A stretch of 64,000 bases of DNA, from assembly GCA_047030735.1 (NCBI GenBank), contig JBKYIE010000003.1, positions 123,693 to 187,692 of the forward strand, given 5' to 3'. Below are positions 61,486-64,000 of the stretch, in pieces. Below the pieces are notes generated by a model, which ran no database searches, was not told the DNA's origin, and saw only the letters and a program-made list of their open reading frames with translations. This DNA is from Ruthenibacterium sp. (GTDB lineage Bacteria > Bacillota > Clostridia > Oscillospirales > Ruminococcaceae). Every line of letters starts with the position of its first letter. The stretch's first letter is position 1. The position numbers were made by a program, and so were the translations under genes.

Positions 61486-62867
61486 TAAGCCTGCGGAATG
61501 TGACGTTTCAATATGCGGACTGTGAAGAGGGCGTAAGAAATATAGACCTCACCATCCGCAGCGGGGAATGTGTTGTGTTGACAGGCCCATCCGGCGGAGG
61601 AAAAACAACACTGACCAGACTGATCAACGGCCTTGCTCCCGCCTATTATCCGGGGAAGCTGACCGGAAGCCTCCGGCTTGATGAAACAGAGCTCGCCACA
61701 ATGCCAAGCTGGCGCATAGGGCAGGAAATAGGAAGTGTGTTTCAAGACCCGAAAAGCCAGTTCTTCTCCTCAGAACTGGCGGGCGAGGTCGCCTTTGCCT
61801 GTGAGAACCTCGGGATGCTCACGGAAGAAATACGAAGGCGCACTGATGAAGCCATTGTATCTTTTGGCCTGGAACAGCTTCGAAGCCGCCCATTGGATAT
61901 CTTGTCCAGCGGGGAGAAGCAGCGGGCAGCGATTGCATCTGTTTACGCATTGCGGCCTCGAGTTTATGTTTGTGACGAGCCCACGGCAAATTTGGACAGT
62001 GAGGGAACTGCACGGCTTGCAGATACCCTGCGGAGGCTGAAAGCAGAGGGCAATACGCTTGTGATAGCGGAACACCGTCTGGCTTGGCTGCATGACATTG
62101 CAGACCGATATATCTACATTTCCGGCGGCGTAATCCAGTGGGAAAAGGCTGCGGTTCAGGTACAGGCGTTTACTGTGGAAGAATGCTGCGCCTATGGACT
62201 GCGGGAGCTCACGGAAGGAACGCGCATGCTGCCTGTGTCTGTGCAGGCGAAGCAGAACCCCATGCTCTCGGTTTTGAACCTGTCTTACAGGCGGAAGAAA
62301 AAGTGGATTTTTTCAGATTTGAATTTTTCATTGTATAGTGAGCAAATCACCGCACTGACTGGGAAAAATGGCGCGGGGAAGACTAGCCTGGCCATGGTGC
62401 TGACAGGACTCCGGAAACAAAGCTCTGGCAAAATCCGAATCAAGGGGAGGTGCCTTGCGGCAGGACAGCGCCGCAGAGCTGTGTGGTACAGCGCCAACGA
62501 TACGGGCACGCAGTTTTTTACAAACAGCGTCACGGAAGAGCTGCTGCTTCGTTCAGACTATTCTCCTGAACGGCTGGAGCGGGCCAGGGCACTGCTGAAA
62601 AAGCTTGGGCTATATGAATATAAAGAGGCACACCCGGCAGCGCTTTCCGGTGGACAAAAACAGAGGCTCTCTATCGCCTGCGGCATCTTGTCGGACCGCG
62701 GCGTTCTTATTTTTGATGAGCCAACCAGCGGACTTGACGGTGGTAATATGGGTATCGTAGCGGACGTGCTCCGTTCCGAAGTGAAAGCCGGAAAAACAAT
62801 TCTTGTAATTACCCATGACCAGGAGCTGATACGCCGCTGCTGTGACAATGCCGTTACACTTGCATAG
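61482..62867 (+). CDS. ECF transporter double ATPase
   Basis: GPSGGGKT and GKNGAGKT; two signature/Walker B sets. Confidence 0.9.
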   Translation: MISLRNVTFQYADCEEGVRNIDLTIRSGECVVLTGPSGGGKTTLTRLINGLAPAYYPGKLTGSLRLDETELATMPSWRIGQEIGSVFQDPKSQFFSSELAGEVAFACENLGMLTEEIRRRTDEAIVSFGLEQLRSRPLDILSSGEKQRAAIASVYALRPRVYVCDEPTANLDSEGTARLADTLRRLKAEGNTLVIAEHRLAWLHDIADRYIYISGGVIQWEKAAVQVQAFTVEECCAYGLRELTEGTRMLPVSVQAKQNPMLSVLNLSYRRKKKWIFSDLNFSLYSEQITALTGKNGAGKTSLAMVLTGLRKQSSGKIRIKGRCLAAGQRRRAVWYSANDTGTQFFTNSVTEELLLRSDYSPERLERARALLKKLGLYEYKEAHPAALSGGQKQRLSIACGILSDRGVLIFDEPTSGLDGGNMGIVADVLRSEVKAGKTILVITHDQELIRRCCDNAVTLA

Positions 62868-63232
62868 CGCCTTTCAAGGAGGGGCGGCATCAAACCAACA
62901 CAATTTGTGGAAAATTATTTGGAGACAGTTTTTACGCTTCAATAAAAAATGACTGTATTCGCTGTATAGGTGCGGCGAAACATTTAGATGCTGCAAAACT
63001 CTCTGGAAGCCGAGCGGTCAAAGAACTTTTTAGTATCAAAATCGGAACGAGCAGAACGCGTTCCGATTTGGGGTTGGCATTACAAAAAAGATAACCCTTG
63101 AAAATGAGAATTTCAGGTTCAAAATAGAACTGCTTTTTTGCACAGTGATTTTTTGAGTTTTACTTCTTGGTGCCCTATTTGAGTAAAAGAGGACGAGCCT
63201 GAAAAGCAGCTTAAAGGCTGGATTTATAACAG

Positions 63233-63289
63233 GAAAAAAGAGGCCGAAATTTGAGATGCCTCATTTTTGAGTCTCAAATTCTGGCCTCT
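63233..63289 (-). terminator. Terminator downstream of tRNA-Ser
   Basis: Minus strand AGAGGCC..AATTTGAGA...TCTCAAATT..GGCCTCT followed by a T run. Confidence 0.7.
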
Positions 63290-63296
63290 GTTCACA

Positions 63297-63385
63297 TGGC
63301 GGAAGCGGTGGGATTCGAACCCACGAGCCCGTGAAGGCTACCTGATTTCGAGTCAGGCCCGTTATGACCACTTCGATACGCTTCC
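63297..63385 (-). tRNA. tRNA-Ser(CGA)
   Basis: GGAAGCG/CGCTTCC acceptor stem, CCTGA-CTCGAAA-TCAGG anticodon arm, long variable arm, GGTTCGAATCC, encoded CCA. Confidence 0.96.
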
Positions 63386-63543
63386 ATATCTGCCAGCCCG
63401 CCATTTTCCTGATATTTTTTGCAAGGCAAAAACTTTTGGAAGGAACTGACGGACAAAACAACAAAATATTCACTTTTTTGAACGGAAATAAACTTGCATG
63501 GCTGCTGGTTTTTCGGGTAGACAAACGAACAGTCTGCCCGACC

Positions 63544-63584
63544 ATTTCGAGTCAGCCCCGTTATGACCGCTTCGATACCGCTGC
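63544..63584 (-). pseudogene. 5' half of a tRNA-Ser(CGA) ending just after the anticodon loop
   Basis: GCAGCGGTATCGAAGCGGTCATAACGGGGCTGACTCGAAAT then unrelated sequence. Confidence 0.8.
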
Positions 63585-63616
63585 ATATGAGGCGCCGCTG
63601 TACGCGGTGCCTATCT

Positions 63617-63645
63617 ATTATAGCAAAAAGGAAGGCCAGCGTCAA
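63617..63645 (-). promoter_or_regulatory. Near-consensus sigma-A promoter for the tRNA locus
   Basis: TTGACG-17-TATAAT with extended TG. Confidence 0.8.
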
Positions 63646-63852
63646 CGGAAAATGCAGGGTTCCCGGCTTTTGGCGCGGGAAAATGCAGCGCGCGGGGCGC
63701 ACTGCCGCAGAAAAGGGGTTCCGTGCAGAAAAAGATGTGCTATAATAGCCTCAAAGAAAGCGGGCCTGTGCAAAAGAGGGGAAGTACTGCGCGGGCATAC
63801 ATCCACACGGCGCGGGCATATACATCACACAGCGGAAAAGGGGGCCTGGGGC

Positions 63853-64000
63853 ATGGAACTTGTGAGAGGAATCGCGGCTTCCGCCGGCCTTGCGGTGGGC
63901 ATGGTGCGCCGGCTTCGACATATCCAGACAGGCCTGGGGCGCGTGGTGATGAGCCCTGCACAGGAATATGAAAGCTTCTGTGCGGCCGCTGAGGCGGCGC
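63853..64000 (+). CDS. PTS enzyme I-like protein, N-terminus (runs off the window)
   Basis: MELVRGIAASAGLAVG resembles the EI start; open frame to the window end. Confidence 0.6.
   Translation, partial: MELVRGIAASAGLAVGMVRRLRHIQTGLGRVVMSPAQEYESFCAAAEAA

Noticed and set aside
63789..63835. Short direct repeat GCGCGGGCATA(TA)CAT
   Set aside because: Only two imperfect 22-nt units in a 5' UTR; likely a local duplication

Overview
GC-rich Firmicute chromosomal segment; the gene content and CIRCE/sigma-A signals suggest a gut Oscillospiraceae/Clostridia-type organism (inference). It holds about 55 CDS: an ABC exporter, a two-gene SufC/SufB(D) pair, XRE/TetR/MarR/IclR/LacI regulators, a double-domain GT-C glycosyltransferase, hsp20 under CIRCE, a MIF-like tautomerase, two large surface proteins, oppABCDF, a LacI-linked catabolic cluster (kdgK/eda/AEC divergent from permease-hydantoinase-like-HExxH-membrane-hxlAB), an amidase, MYG1 plus a GIY-YIG/GNAT fusion, an AT-rich permease/C-S lyase/RidA cassette, enolase, an AT-richer ECF island beside tRNA-Ser(CGA), and the start of a PTS enzyme I-like gene. 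The most notable signals are: (1) a family of about 200-250 bp non-coding IS200-derived miniature elements with conserved ends and a divergent 44-54 nt core, plus a decayed tnpA tail; (2) a roughly 440 nt highly structured leader ahead of MYG1 and GIY-YIG-GNAT; (3) the uncharacterised catabolic regulon with repeated operators; (4) a promoter-driven tRNA-Ser 5' half cut at the anticodon loop. No CRISPR array, intact transposase or integrase was seen. All calls come from motif recognition by eye; no searches were run.
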